Shown here one piece after another: positions 28,140 through 37,582 of a DNA stretch of 64,000 bases. Source of the stretch: a virus (Duplodnaviria > Caudoviricetes). The notes below the pieces were generated by a model that was not told the origin of the DNA, ran no database searches, and worked only from the letters and a program-made list of their open reading frames with translations. The stretch's first letter is position 1; the number at the start of each line of letters is the position of its first letter. The stretch lies in the IMG/VR virus record IMGVR_UViG_3300040811_001959; one strand, given 5' to 3'. The position numbers were made by a program, and so were the translations under genes.

Positions 28140-29609
28140 CTAATAATTTATATCGTCGTAGTCTGGGCTATCGTCAGTCCACTTGAGCTTTATTACTTCT
28201 TCTTTTTCCATATCCTTAAATCGTCTATAGAACATTTCAATTTCTCCTTCTAGCTCCTGTCCAGTAGGTAGACTGTCTACATCATACCATTTAGAAAATT
28301 CTTTTTCTTTAGTGTCAGGATATTTTTTCATATATTCTTGTTTCAGCGGAGCAGGTATTTTAAATTGTATCTTATTGGCTCCACCGAATAAATTTACCAT
28401 ATCGTAACCGCCTGACATTAAATTTATCTCTTCCGGAAAGTCTTCATACTGTTGCTCGTTAAAGTCAACTCCATACTTGGTAGCATTTATAAGCGCCATT
28501 TTAGATTGCTTACCCCATTGATCAAAGCCAGTGCCCTTTGCGATTGTCAACTTTGTGTTTACCATATTTTGCGCTACAACACAGGCTCCCCAGATGCGTA
28601 TGCCTACCGCCCATGCATTCTTGCCATCTATGTCTTCGTGTAGTGTAAAGAAAGTTCCAAATACTACATGAGGATTAGATACTTCACTAAGCGGTACATC
28701 CCACTCCATAGGCTTTGCCCCATACTCTTTGTTGTAAACCATGTCAACAACTTTAAATGCGCCTGTATGGAAGAACACTGCTTGTATAGGTTCATATGGA
28801 TGTATAATTTCTTGCCCTTTCCTATCTACCACACCATCGTATCCCATATCTCTAAATAACTTATTCCACTTGTTCGTATCTTTTGGCGGTGAAGGTTTGT
28901 CAAATAATTTAAAACGCACTACTTCATCATTGTAGTTAGGAGGAGCATCGCCTTCGTCCTGTGCTTTCTGCTCCATGCGTTTCAATTCCATTGTATACTG
29001 TTTAATAGGAATAAGGTTACTGTCATTTACAGATCCGGAAAGGGCAAAAAATGCCATGCGTGTAGCATTCCAAAACATACCTCCTGGAGTCCGTATTCGT
29101 GCTGCTGACTTAGCACTATCTAATAATCCTTTGGCCATTTCCCAACTCAGCACTTGACTGTGACCTTTAGAGTGGAAATGGTCTACAAGTTTTTTTGCTA
29201 CTATTTCTAAATCTTTGTCTATTTGATCACTGCCATATTTTTCAAGATCAAGCATGTTACCTGTTGCTCGGATGATATATACAGCAGGCTGTTCACCAGC
29301 AAACGGAACAGTAAAAACCCGCCTACTAGGATCTGCACCATCTCGCCACATTTCAGGTAGCGGATAAGTGTATATTCCATTAGGTGTATTGTACTTGCTT
29401 TTTGGATTTATTCCTATCTTAAAGCCACTGGTATTCCTACCTTTAGCAACAGATGTCTTACTTGTTATGCCTCTCCCTACATCCATCGTATAACTGATAT
29501 AGATATCAGGATCATCTTTGTATTTTTCCAGTGCATCATACAAACTAACTTTAGGATTTTGTTCTGGATTGCGTCTTGCTTCGTCTATTTTAAATTCTCT
29601 AAATCTCAT
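28140..29609 (-). CDS. Putative head-internal/ejection protein
   Basis: 489 aa; MRFREFKIDE-A N-terminus resembles the T4 capsid-targeting sequence. Confidence 0.6.
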   Translation of the reverse strand: MRFREFKIDEARRNPEQNPKVSLYDALEKYKDDPDIYISYTMDVGRGITSKTSVAKGRNTSGFKIGINPKSKYNTPNGIYTYPLPEMWRDGADPSRRVFTVPFAGEQPAVYIIRATGNMLDLEKYGSDQIDKDLEIVAKKLVDHFHSKGHSQVLSWEMAKGLLDSAKSAARIRTPGGMFWNATRMAFFALSGSVNDSNLIPIKQYTMELKRMEQKAQDEGDAPPNYNDEVVRFKLFDKPSPPKDTNKWNKLFRDMGYDGVVDRKGQEIIHPYEPIQAVFFHTGAFKVVDMVYNKEYGAKPMEWDVPLSEVSNPHVVFGTFFTLHEDIDGKNAWAVGIRIWGACVVAQNMVNTKLTIAKGTGFDQWGKQSKMALINATKYGVDFNEQQYEDFPEEINLMSGGYDMVNLFGGANKIQFKIPAPLKQEYMKKYPDTKEKEFSKWYDVDSLPTGQELEGEIEMFYRRFKDMEKEEVIKLKWTDDSPDYDDINY

Positions 29610-29615
29610 AGCTTC

Positions 29616-30536
29616 TCACATTAATATAATTTGGCCTTTAATGCTGTCTTCGAAAGCAGGAAACAATTCGTCATTTAATTGGTCTTGCAAGTCTTCTATA
29701 TAACCTTCTAGGATACTTTTATCCATATCAGTCAACTCTTGCTCGTTACGTGGGTTAGGTGCTTTCGTTACATTTTCAATATCAAGTGCATCAGGTGCTC
29801 GTAATTGTACTGCTCCTCTGTTGAGATACTGTGCCCACATTTCATATATACCTTCGTATCTGTCTCTCACAACACCTTTCCTTGCGCTACCTGTAGTCAT
29901 TATCTTTTGCAATCCGTAGTCAGCCCATTTAGCTTGCTTGTCATCTAACATCTTGTTAGGATTCTTAGGATTGTGCTGTAGGTCAACACCAAAGTTACCA
30001 AATATACTATGTAGTCCTTCAAACACTGCGGTTACAATCGCAGAGTAAGCAGGATTTTCTTCTCCTTGTGTCATCCTACTGCCGTGTCCTAATCTGTGTA
30101 ACAACATCCATCCGCTAACAGCAATCCAATTGTCAGCTGCATTGCCTAGGAAGAACACAACAGTTTTATCTTTGTGCTGCGGAGTCCTAGTCATTGTTTT
30201 GGGATCTACAATGCCCATTTCAACCAACTGATCAAAGCCTTCTTCAAACTCTTGGAATAGGTCGTCTACAGTTACAACGCCTCTTTCTACGATTTCCGGA
30301 TTGTATGTGGCTTCTCCTGATACAGGAATTAGGATGTAATCATTCTTAGTTTTGCTCCAGCTCTTATAAACTTTTTGTTTCCATTGCGGATTAAAGATTT
30401 TTTTCTTTTCTCCTGCTTTCCAAGGCTCTTCATAATCATCTCCCCATTCTTCTTCATGATCATAATCCCAGTCGCCCATTGGTTGGAAATCGCTAATAGG
30501 AGCTTCCTTAATCCTTTTAAATTCTTTGAATCTCAC
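29616..30536 (-). CDS. Putative head-internal/ejection protein
   Basis: 306 aa, GTG start, MRFKEFKRIKE-A N-terminus; TAAATA at 30567-30572. HRLGH and YEMWAQY could be a metalloprotease-like motif. Confidence 0.6.
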   Translation of the reverse strand: MRFKEFKRIKEAPISDFQPMGDWDYDHEEEWGDDYEEPWKAGEKKKIFNPQWKQKVYKSWSKTKNDYILIPVSGEATYNPEIVERGVVTVDDLFQEFEEGFDQLVEMGIVDPKTMTRTPQHKDKTVVFFLGNAADNWIAVSGWMLLHRLGHGSRMTQGEENPAYSAIVTAVFEGLHSIFGNFGVDLQHNPKNPNKMLDDKQAKWADYGLQKIMTTGSARKGVVRDRYEGIYEMWAQYLNRGAVQLRAPDALDIENVTKAPNPRNEQELTDMDKSILEGYIEDLQDQLNDELFPAFEDSIKGQIILM

Positions 30537-30585
30537 AGCTTGTCCTTTTATTATTTCTTGTTTACATATTTATGTAAATAGCTGT

Positions 30586-31779
30586 ATGATAGATAAAAAG
30601 CCGTTTCATGATACAATAGAAGCATTAAAGCAACAAGGTAGATATCGTGTGTTTAACGATATTGTACGAGAACGAGGAGACTTCCCCCGTGCTATCTGGT
30701 ATGGACCGTACGCTATTAAAACAGTTGTAAACTGGTGTAGCAACGACTATCTTGGCATGGGGCAGAACAAAGTTGTAATAGATGCTATGCACACTGCACT
30801 TGATCAAACAGGCAGTGGTAGTGGAGGAACTCGTAACATTGGAGGCACTAGCCACTATCATGTTGCGTTAGAAAAACAACTAGCCATGCTCCATCGGAAG
30901 GAACGGGGGCTATTGTTTACGTCCGCCTACGTTGCAAATGAATGGACGTTGATCGCCTTAAGCAAAATCATACCCGACCTAGTATTCCTAAGTGATAGCA
31001 AGAATCACGCATCCCTTATACAAGGGATCCGGCATAGTGGGGCTCCCAAACGGATTTGGCAGCATAATGATATGGGCGATTTAGAACGTGCATTGCAAGA
31101 AACAGAAGGCACGCCTTGTATCGTGTTTGAATCCGTGTATAGCATGGATGGAGATGTTTCGCCAATGCACGACATTTGCAACCTCGCCGATCGTTACGGA
31201 GCTATAACTTACATAGACGAAGTGCATGCTGTTGGACTATATGGCACAACAGGTGCAGGTAAGCTAGAAGAATTAGGTTTACAAGATCGTGTTGATATCG
31301 TAAATGGTACATTAGGTAAAGCATTTGGAATGCAAGGAGGTTATATTGCTGCAGATGAAATTATTTGTGATGCTGTGCGCTCTATTGCTAGTGGTTTCAT
31401 ATTTACAACTAGCCACAGTCCTGTGATGTGTGCAGGAGCTTTAACCAGTATAAAATATGTCATGGATCATAACGATCTAAGGATAAAGCATCAAGCACAA
31501 TCACAAAAACTTAAACAACATTTGCAGGCATTAGGCTTTGAAATACATCCTGCAGCTAGTACACATATCGTACCTGTAATAATAGGAGATGCTGTAAAAT
31601 GTAAAGCAATGAGCGATGTTCTCCTAAATGATTATAGCATTTATGTACAACCTATAAACTTTCCTACAGTTGAAGAAGGAACGGAGCGTTTGCGGTTTAC
31701 TCCTACACCTCTCCATACTGATAACATGATTAACGAACTGGTAACCGCTTTGACACAGGTATTTAATGAACATTCGTAA
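30586..31779 (+). CDS. hemA: 5-aminolevulinate synthase (PLP-dependent, Shemin pathway)
   Basis: WCSNDYLGM, SGGTRNIGG, FTSAYVAN, NHASLIQG, FESVYSMDGD, DEVHAVGLYG, GTLGKAFG, VQPINFPTV. Start taken as MIDKKP. Confidence 0.95.
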   Translation: MIDKKPFHDTIEALKQQGRYRVFNDIVRERGDFPRAIWYGPYAIKTVVNWCSNDYLGMGQNKVVIDAMHTALDQTGSGSGGTRNIGGTSHYHVALEKQLAMLHRKERGLLFTSAYVANEWTLIALSKIIPDLVFLSDSKNHASLIQGIRHSGAPKRIWQHNDMGDLERALQETEGTPCIVFESVYSMDGDVSPMHDICNLADRYGAITYIDEVHAVGLYGTTGAGKLEELGLQDRVDIVNGTLGKAFGMQGGYIAADEIICDAVRSIASGFIFTTSHSPVMCAGALTSIKYVMDHNDLRIKHQAQSQKLKQHLQALGFEIHPAASTHIVPVIIGDAVKCKAMSDVLLNDYSIYVQPINFPTVEEGTERLRFTPTPLHTDNMINELVTALTQVFNEHS

Positions 31780-32182
31780 AGCACTTTGGTTTTCAGCAGG
31801 AATGTTTTTCCTAGCTGTTGCATTTGTTGGAGTATATTTGCCAGGATTACCGTGGAGTACTCCTGCTGTAATTGCAGCATTTTGTTTTAGTAAGAGCAGC
31901 GACAGGATGCATCGCTGGTTGTATAATCATAAACTGTTTGGGCCATTCCTTACTGGCTGGCAAGAGAAAAGGATATTCCCTACCAAGTTCAAATACTTTA
32001 TGGTGATTACAATGTGCAGCAGTTTGATCCTAATGTGGTTTACAACTGGTAATCTAACTGCAATCTATTGGACTGCAGGCTTTATGGCACTGGTAGTGAT
32101 ATGGGGCTGGAGATATCCAGGCAGCGAAGCAGAATGGCTACGCAGGAAAGATGCAGGTGAAAAGATAGCGTGGATCCGCTAG
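31766..32182 (+). CDS. ybaN: DUF454/YbaN family inner membrane protein
   Basis: GVYLPGLPWSTP..IAAFCFSKSS.R.H.WLYNHKLFGP.L..W....P.K.K. Confidence 0.88.
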   Translation: MNIRKALWFSAGMFFLAVAFVGVYLPGLPWSTPAVIAAFCFSKSSDRMHRWLYNHKLFGPFLTGWQEKRIFPTKFKYFMVITMCSSLILMWFTTGNLTAIYWTAGFMALVVIWGWRYPGSEAEWLRRKDAGEKIAWIR

Positions 32183-32709
32183 AGATATTTTTCCCAAACT
32201 GGATGTTTTATATCAAACTCTAATTGCTTACGCTTTGCAACCAATTCCCAATAGTCAGGCTTAAACGGTAATTGCTTAGGCCTTTCTACCCTATTGCCTT
32301 TACGCTCGTTACAGCAGTGACACGCTACAACAATATTTTCCCAATTCGTCCTGCCACCTTTGCTTAGAGGAATAACATGGTCCATTGTACATTGGCTATG
32401 GGCTAGTCTTTGTTCGCAATACTGACAGGTGTACAAATCTCTGATACAGATATTAGTTTTTGAAAATCTCGGTTTACGTTTTGTCCTTAGTCGTTCTTTC
32501 AACATTATTACAGCAGGCACACGGGTTTCCCAACTTGGGCTCCTAACTACCCAATCATCATACCATTCTAATACTGTGCATTTATCTAAGAACAAATAAG
32601 TTATAGCATCCTTCCACTGTATTGCGCTCAGTGGAAGGTAGTTAAGTGGGAGTCCGTCTGTGCTTAAAACTAGAACGTCGGTCATATCATGTTTCGATAG
32701 GTTTCTCAA
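32179..32709 (-). CDS. HNH endonuclease
   Basis: RDLYTCQYC...TMDHVIPLSKGGRTNWENIVVACHCCNERKGN. Confidence 0.92.
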   Translation of the reverse strand: MRNLSKHDMTDVLVLSTDGLPLNYLPLSAIQWKDAITYLFLDKCTVLEWYDDWVVRSPSWETRVPAVIMLKERLRTKRKPRFSKTNICIRDLYTCQYCEQRLAHSQCTMDHVIPLSKGGRTNWENIVVACHCCNERKGNRVERPKQLPFKPDYWELVAKRKQLEFDIKHPVWEKYL

Positions 32710-33124
32710 ATTGTGCTGGTTTTAGATTTGTACCACTGCCAATAATGCAAGCGGCTATACCCATAGGATTAGATAACATCTCGTCGGGTAACTTAAAAAC
32801 AATGCTGTAGGATCCTGTATTAGGGTTCATAAACATTGCCGTTTCGCCTGTTACAACCCGTGGAGGTAATTGACCTTTTGGATCCATAGGAACTTGCATA
32901 ATGCTTTTGTTACTGTGGATAAAAGGAATTTCCTGGTAAGGTGCCAACTTTGCCATAATAGCTGGTAAAGTTCCGCAATCCATTGCCATTGGCATCTTGT
33001 GTAATTGTAACTGTGGTGGTACCACAGGTTGTGGTTTTTGTGTGCTCGGCTCTTCGGCGTGTAAGGATACTGTTGTGAGCAATATCGCCAACCCGCTGAA
33101 AAGCGATATTAGGGTTAGCTTCAT
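32687..33124 (-). CDS. Hypothetical exported protein
   Basis: Signal-peptide-like N-terminus; two Cys; TAAATA at 33145-33150. Confidence 0.7.
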   Translation of the reverse strand: MKLTLISLFSGLAILLTTVSLHAEEPSTQKPQPVVPPQLQLHKMPMAMDCGTLPAIMAKLAPYQEIPFIHSNKSIMQVPMDPKGQLPPRVVTGETAMFMNPNTGSYSIVFKLPDEMLSNPMGIAACIIGSGTNLKPAQFEKPIET

Positions 33125-33155
33125 TTTATACTCCTATAAACATATATTTATTATA

Positions 33156-33710
33156 CTAGAAGTATTGGTCAAACATCTGCGATCCACATGCTTCAAATGC
33201 AGCATGCCAAATACGATCATCTGTTGTTTTAAAAATAATATCAGCCGATGCGTTAGAAATTAACCAACTATTTTCAGGTCGATATGGCCATTTACCTGTG
33301 AGTTCTGCCTGCAGTTGTTGCGGTGCCCAAGTGGATAACCCTCCAAATAGTTTCCAATAACGTGGTTGATCTACTCGGGCAATTTTTTCCAACATCATAT
33401 TATCACTGCTAATTCTAAGATTGTTGCCTGCATCGACAGTGTTTACACTGGTCCAATCATTACTATGCAATAAAATTAATGCATTTGAATTAACTGGGCC
33501 ACCATGGTAGATAGGAACATTACTTCCTGTAAATTGAACATTTTTTTCCTCGCATACATCTTTAACAAAAAATTTGCTAGGCTTATTTACAATAACACCA
33601 ATTGATCCTTGATCTTTCCTATCTTGATAAAGATAAATTACAGATTTATAAAACAAAGAATCTCTTGGACAATTTGGATGAGCAATTAAAAATTTACCTT
33701 CTAATGACAT
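33156..33710 (-). CDS. yqgE: YqgE/AlgH (DUF179) family protein
   Basis: GKFLIAHP...FYKSVIYL...GSIGVIVNKP...YHGGPV...GLSTWAPQQLQAEL...W. Confidence 0.88.
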   Translation of the reverse strand: MSLEGKFLIAHPNCPRDSLFYKSVIYLYQDRKDQGSIGVIVNKPSKFFVKDVCEEKNVQFTGSNVPIYHGGPVNSNALILLHSNDWTSVNTVDAGNNLRISSDNMMLEKIARVDQPRYWKLFGGLSTWAPQQLQAELTGKWPYRPENSWLISNASADIIFKTTDDRIWHAAFEACGSQMFDQYF

Positions 33711-33712
33711 AA

Positions 33713-34564
33713 TTATACAATTTGTAGTTGATCTAGTTGAGCTATTGTATCTTCAGCATTGACATTAGCTTTGTTGTTGCCAAGACCTAAATAAAAAGAT
33801 TTACCAGTAGATGGATCTGGTAAACCTGCCCAAGTTTTAGATAATCGTTTTAAAAATTTTTCGCTTGTTATTTGTCCATCTAAAAACTTATCTAAATTAT
33901 GTTCTTTTTTTAGATGGAATAATGCAATTTTATCCTGTGTAGCTTCGTTAAACACTGTTGTTTTAGGATCAAGACCCATTTGACGTACAAGGCTTCGAAG
34001 TGTTTTGTATATATATTGATACCTACCGGAAGCAGAGCCGCCATGTGATCTTATCCTTTTCCGCATGTCTTGGAAAAGTTCTGTAAGTGTCATTGAAATG
34101 ATTTGTGGACGTCTCTTACCAGGATATATCGCATCGTAATTGCCAGACGACTCAGGTTTAGCAATAATATCTAAAATTTCTTTTTCTTTATTAAATGATG
34201 TGGCAAGGGGTTTTTCAATTGTCTCAGGATCACGCTTAGGGGATGCTACCATTGCAGATAGCTTATTAGGTTGCACAGTCTTCTTACCATTCCATCCCAT
34301 CATCGCCAGGATGGTTTTCCTGCCTGCATCTCCGTCTGGTTTCAGCCCTGCGTCTTTTTGGAATTTTTTTACAGCCATTGCTGTCTTAGAACCGTAAATC
34401 CCATCTACAGGGCCTGCAGCATAATTATTATCATTTAACCATTGTTGCAGTTCTTTAACCTGTTCTCGTCTGCCTCTACGTGCCAGTCCGCCCTTCATCT
34501 TAGGATCAAGATACATAAATGTTGTAGTATCTTTATCTAGATTAATTTCAAATAAATTCATCAT
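33713..34564 (-). CDS. Peptidoglycan-binding domain plus lysozyme-like muralytic enzyme
   Basis: VKELQQWL...GPVDGIYGSKTAMAVKKFQ...DGDAGRKT; ESSGNYD...ASGRYQY...QDKIA...WAGLP. Confidence 0.85.
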   Translation of the reverse strand: MMNLFEINLDKDTTTFMYLDPKMKGGLARRGRREQVKELQQWLNDNNYAAGPVDGIYGSKTAMAVKKFQKDAGLKPDGDAGRKTILAMMGWNGKKTVQPNKLSAMVASPKRDPETIEKPLATSFNKEKEILDIIAKPESSGNYDAIYPGKRRPQIISMTLTELFQDMRKRIRSHGGSASGRYQYIYKTLRSLVRQMGLDPKTTVFNEATQDKIALFHLKKEHNLDKFLDGQITSEKFLKRLSKTWAGLPDPSTGKSFYLGLGNNKANVNAEDTIAQLDQLQIV

Positions 34565-34607
34565 CTATCCTTATAATTTTTATATATTTATAGGATATAA
34601 ATTATTA

Positions 34608-34640
34608 TTGACAAAAAAATTTAAATAGTATAAACTTAGC
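34608..34640 (+). promoter_or_regulatory. sigma70-type promoter
   Basis: TTGACA followed by a TATAAA-type -10 upstream of 34664. Confidence 0.55.
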
Positions 34641-34663
34641 TAAATCCCAACAAAAGGAGTAAT

Positions 34664-34876
34664 ATGATTGAAGCTGTCGTAATTTATCTAATCATACAAT
34701 TAGCGATCTATGAAGTAGATCCTAATCCAGCACCAAAAGGGTACACAAAGTATGATCCGTGCTTCCGTTGTGGCGACGACTGGGAATTTTATCCAGCACA
34801 TCAAAGCGGTGACGGTGTTGATGTTGACTGGGATGCAAAAACACTAAGACCACAACATATTACATTTACAGATTGA
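34664..34876 (+). CDS. Hypothetical protein
   Basis: AGGAG RBS; 70 aa. Confidence 0.65.
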   Translation: MIEAVVIYLIIQLAIYEVDPNPAPKGYTKYDPCFRCGDDWEFYPAHQSGDGVDVDWDAKTLRPQHITFTD

Positions 34877-34877
34877 T

Positions 34878-35069
34878 ATGGAAGAATGGATATTTCAATT
34901 GCTTGCTTATGGAATAGGCACACTAACTGGATTGTTAATCACACGGCATCAGATTAATGATGCCGTGCATCTTATGTTAGATAATCTTGTTGATAATGGA
35001 TTTTTACGTCATAGGAAAGATGATGCGGGTAATGTTGTAATATTAAAATATCATGATACAAGGTCTTAA
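34878..35069 (+). CDS. Small membrane protein
   Basis: N-terminal hydrophobic helix; 63 aa. Confidence 0.6.
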   Translation: MEEWIFQLLAYGIGTLTGLLITRHQINDAVHLMLDNLVDNGFLRHRKDDAGNVVILKYHDTRS

Positions 35070-35311
35070 CTAGACCAATCGGGTAATGGTCCGCCATATT
35101 TTTTGCCCCTAATTTTTTTACCAGCAACTTTGCTCCTGCCTTTGCCAGTGTAGTTATGGCGCATATTACCTGATCTAGATCTATATCCTTGGCTCTTACA
35201 ACTTGCTAATGCACTTGCACCAAGAGAACTATTAGGTCTACTACTTGTACATAATTCACGACTAGCTTGCCATTCTTGGACTAAGTCGTCGTCTAATTCT
35301 AATATTAACAT
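35066..35311 (-). CDS. Small basic hypothetical protein
   Basis: 81 aa; TAAATA at 35317-35322. Confidence 0.65.
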   Translation of the reverse strand: MLILELDDDLVQEWQASRELCTSSRPNSSLGASALASCKSQGYRSRSGNMRHNYTGKGRSKVAGKKIRGKKYGGPLPDWSS

Positions 35312-35519
35312 TAAAATATTTATCGAAATATTTTAATGTTATTCATAATTTTATAAATAATAGTAATCAACATGTTTAAAATACTTTTAGGATTTTTATT
35401 AGGATGCTTCGTAACATTTAATTATGTTATGCCCAACGAAAAATATAAACAACTATTTGAATATTCCAACCAACTTGTCCTTGAATTTATCCAGTCTCTC
35501 GAAGAGGAAATAAGTAAAA

Positions 35520-35783
35520 ATGTTAACAATCAATGATATCCAAGCCGGCAAATCCTATGCTTGTAAATTTAAAATAAAAACTTTGCTCGATAAAAGTGGA
35601 GAGCCAACTGAAGTAATATCAGAAAATAATGAGATTAAAGATTACGAATCTTTTGGGGTTATTCAACAAAGAGATTTAGAAAACAAACTATTAGCCATTA
35701 TAGATCAAAAAACCAATATAAAATTTATAGTCGATTTTGATTCAGTTTGGGATGTAGACACTGTTGAATGGATCCAAGACTAA
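35520..35783 (+). CDS. Hypothetical protein
   Basis: GAGG RBS; 87 aa. Confidence 0.7.
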   Translation: MLTINDIQAGKSYACKFKIKTLLDKSGEPTEVISENNEIKDYESFGVIQQRDLENKLLAIIDQKTNIKFIVDFDSVWDVDTVEWIQD

Positions 35784-35790
35784 TTTTAAC

Positions 35791-35892
35791 GACCCCGGCG
35801 ATCGGTCCACAATTCCTTCCGGTTAAAGGCTTATTGTTCTACGGCCGCCGATAGCCATTACCCCACCCCCTGGGAAACTGGGGGGCCTCTCC
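35791..35892 (+). ncRNA. Candidate structured non-coding RNA (family not recognised)
   Basis: GC-rich intergenic island with hairpins GACC..GGTC, CTACGG..CCGATAG and CCCCCTGG-GAAA-CTGGGGGG (GNRA loop, G-U pairs on + strand). Confidence 0.4.
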
Positions 35893-35958
35893 AACTTTTC
35901 AGTTGACTTTTTTAATATTGTATATATAATTATAACTTAACGCTAACAAAGAGGAACT

Positions 35959-36072
35959 ATGTGGAAAACAATTAGAAAGGGTATTACCTTTGAAAGAGTT
36001 TTTTATACCTATCTTATCTTTGCTTGGTTTGCAGGCCTAATAGCATTTGCGAGTCTGCGTTTCTATCATTAA
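35959..36072 (+). CDS. Small membrane peptide (37 aa)
   Basis: GAGGA RBS and TTGACT...TATAAT promoter upstream; MWKTIRKG...FAWFAGLIAFASL. Confidence 0.55.
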   Translation: MWKTIRKGITFERVFYTYLIFAWFAGLIAFASLRFYH

Positions 36073-36078
36073 TTTTGA

Positions 36079-36153
36079 GTCCCGGTAGTTAAATGGATAT
36101 AACAGTAGACTTCTAATCTTCTATTCTAGGTTCAATTCCTGGTCGGGACACCA
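36079..36153 (+). tRNA. tRNA-Arg(TCT)
   Basis: GTCCCGG/TCGGGAC acceptor, CTTCTAA anticodon loop, GGTTCAATTCC T-arm, encoded CCA. Confidence 0.9.
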
Positions 36154-36205
36154 TAAAAAAATAGTTGACATAATAAACAGCTATGTTATACTTTTAGAAC
36201 ATTAA

Positions 36206-36292
36206 GCGACTGTGGTGAAACAGGTAAACACACTGGACTTAAAATCCAGCGGCAGTGATGCTTTGCCGGTTCGATTCCGGCCAGTCGCACCA
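36206..36292 (+). tRNA. tRNA-Leu(TAA)
   Basis: CTGGA-CTTAAAA-TCCAG anticodon arm, long variable arm, GGTTCGATTCC, CCA; TTGACA/TATACT promoter at 36165-36192. Confidence 0.93.
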
Positions 36293-36314
36293 CCATTATT
36301 ACTTAAACATTTAC

Positions 36315-36752
36315 ATGAAAAATTTACATAAATGCATAGCGCCAGTATGTGCGATGCCAGCTTGCACTACTCTAGTTGGTTACCATAAACAGCTTATTGA
36401 TAAAAATGGTAATGTAAGTTATAAATTCAGAGCATTTTGTTCTTACCATACAACACATGTCGTTGGTAAAAAAGCAATGAAAGCTTTCAAAATGCGTAAA
36501 GGCGGTTGTGAAAATGTTGACGGAAGATGTGGGTTTGTTTGCGATGCTCCTAATCAACCGTGGCATGTACTAGAGATAGATCACTGGGACGGAGATCGCT
36601 ATAATGTAGAAGAAGATAATCTAGTGGTCCTATGTCCTTGCTGTCATAAGAAAAAAACTTATTTAGTTGGTGACCATCTTAAGAAAAAATACGAAAAAGG
36701 TTCAAATAGTTTATACGATCCTAAAATAAACGAATTTTTTATTATTGAGTAA
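36315..36752 (+). CDS. HNH-motif Cys-rich protein (putative endonuclease)
   Basis: CENVDGRCGFVC...LEIDHWDGDRYN...NLVVLCPCCHKKKT. Start moved downstream of the tRNA. Confidence 0.75.
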   Translation: MKNLHKCIAPVCAMPACTTLVGYHKQLIDKNGNVSYKFRAFCSYHTTHVVGKKAMKAFKMRKGGCENVDGRCGFVCDAPNQPWHVLEIDHWDGDRYNVEEDNLVVLCPCCHKKKTYLVGDHLKKKYEKGSNSLYDPKINEFFIIE

Positions 36753-36756
36753 GAAA

Positions 36757-36885
36757 ATGAAAACACCACCACGTAATTGGGTAGCTCAACAATGTAGGGA
36801 TTTAAAAGGTCCATTCCGTCCTACTGTAGAGTGTGACCGTTCTAAGTATACCCGCAAGCAAAAACATAAAGAGAGATATGCTTAG
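36757..36885 (+). CDS. Small basic peptide (42 aa)
   Basis: MKTPPRNWVAQ...KYTRKQKHK; found manually. Confidence 0.55.
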   Translation: MKTPPRNWVAQQCRDLKGPFRPTVECDRSKYTRKQKHKERYA

Positions 36886-36990
36886 ATTCCTGCGAGGGTT
36901 ATTTTACGCCAGTTTTTCCTTGACATTTATTATTGTTAGTATTATACTAATTGCTTTACTACTAGAAGTTTACATCTTTGAGGAGGTACT

Positions 36991-37296
36991 ATGTCCCTGT
37001 CAACAGTGATTAAAGAAGCAAACATTTATCGTAAATTTTGCAGACAAATGCCTATCGATCCTAGACATGTAAGCGTTAAAGATTCTATTGATCTTTTCCG
37101 CTATATTGATCGAGAACTTAGTCCAGAACACTTGTATCAAGACGGAGAACGTTCTCCTAAAGAAGCTCAACGTCAAGCCGCAAAATTACGCAAGGCTGCA
37201 CAGGTATTGCTAGACCGCGGCTATAAAGCTCCAATTAACCTAGATTGCCTAAGGATTGATTATGCGAATAGATTTTCAAAAGGCGTATGCATCTAA
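36991..37296 (+). CDS. Hypothetical protein
   Basis: GAGGAGG RBS; TTGACA...TATACT promoter near 36920. Confidence 0.75.
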   Translation: MSLSTVIKEANIYRKFCRQMPIDPRHVSVKDSIDLFRYIDRELSPEHLYQDGERSPKEAQRQAAKLRKAAQVLLDRGYKAPINLDCLRIDYANRFSKGVCI

Positions 37297-37582
37297 ATCC
37301 TACTATGATGATGACGGGAAACAATGGCTAGTACAGTTTGGTAATGACTACCAACTCAGCATCATCCGTCATCGTGGTAGTATGGGATACCGTGAAGGAT
37401 TATTTGAAATCGGTGTCTTCGGTGACTGTGACAGCATGGCGGAACTACCAGGTATCACAGCAGAAGGTGATACTGTAAAAGGATTTCTCACACCCGAAGA
37501 AGTTTCTTGTATAATCTTAAAAATGCAATTCCTTACTGACTCACAGCCTCTTTCAGTATTTGGTTTAAGAAATGAAACTTGA
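37256..37582 (+). CDS. Hypothetical phage protein
   Basis: FGNDYQLSII...SMG...GLFEIGV...VKGFLT; start uncertain. Confidence 0.7.
   Translation: MIMRIDFQKAYASKSYYDDDGKQWLVQFGNDYQLSIIRHRGSMGYREGLFEIGVFGDCDSMAELPGITAEGDTVKGFLTPEEVSCIILKMQFLTDSQPLSVFGLRNET

Noticed and set aside
35791-35892. SRP RNA or tmRNA identity
   Set aside because: Only a partial CCGGAAGGAA match on the minus strand, and no acceptor-stem partner for the GGCCTCTCCA end.
36255-36314. N-terminal extension of the HNH ORF
   Set aside because: Overlaps tRNA-Leu; ATG 36315 is the plausible start.
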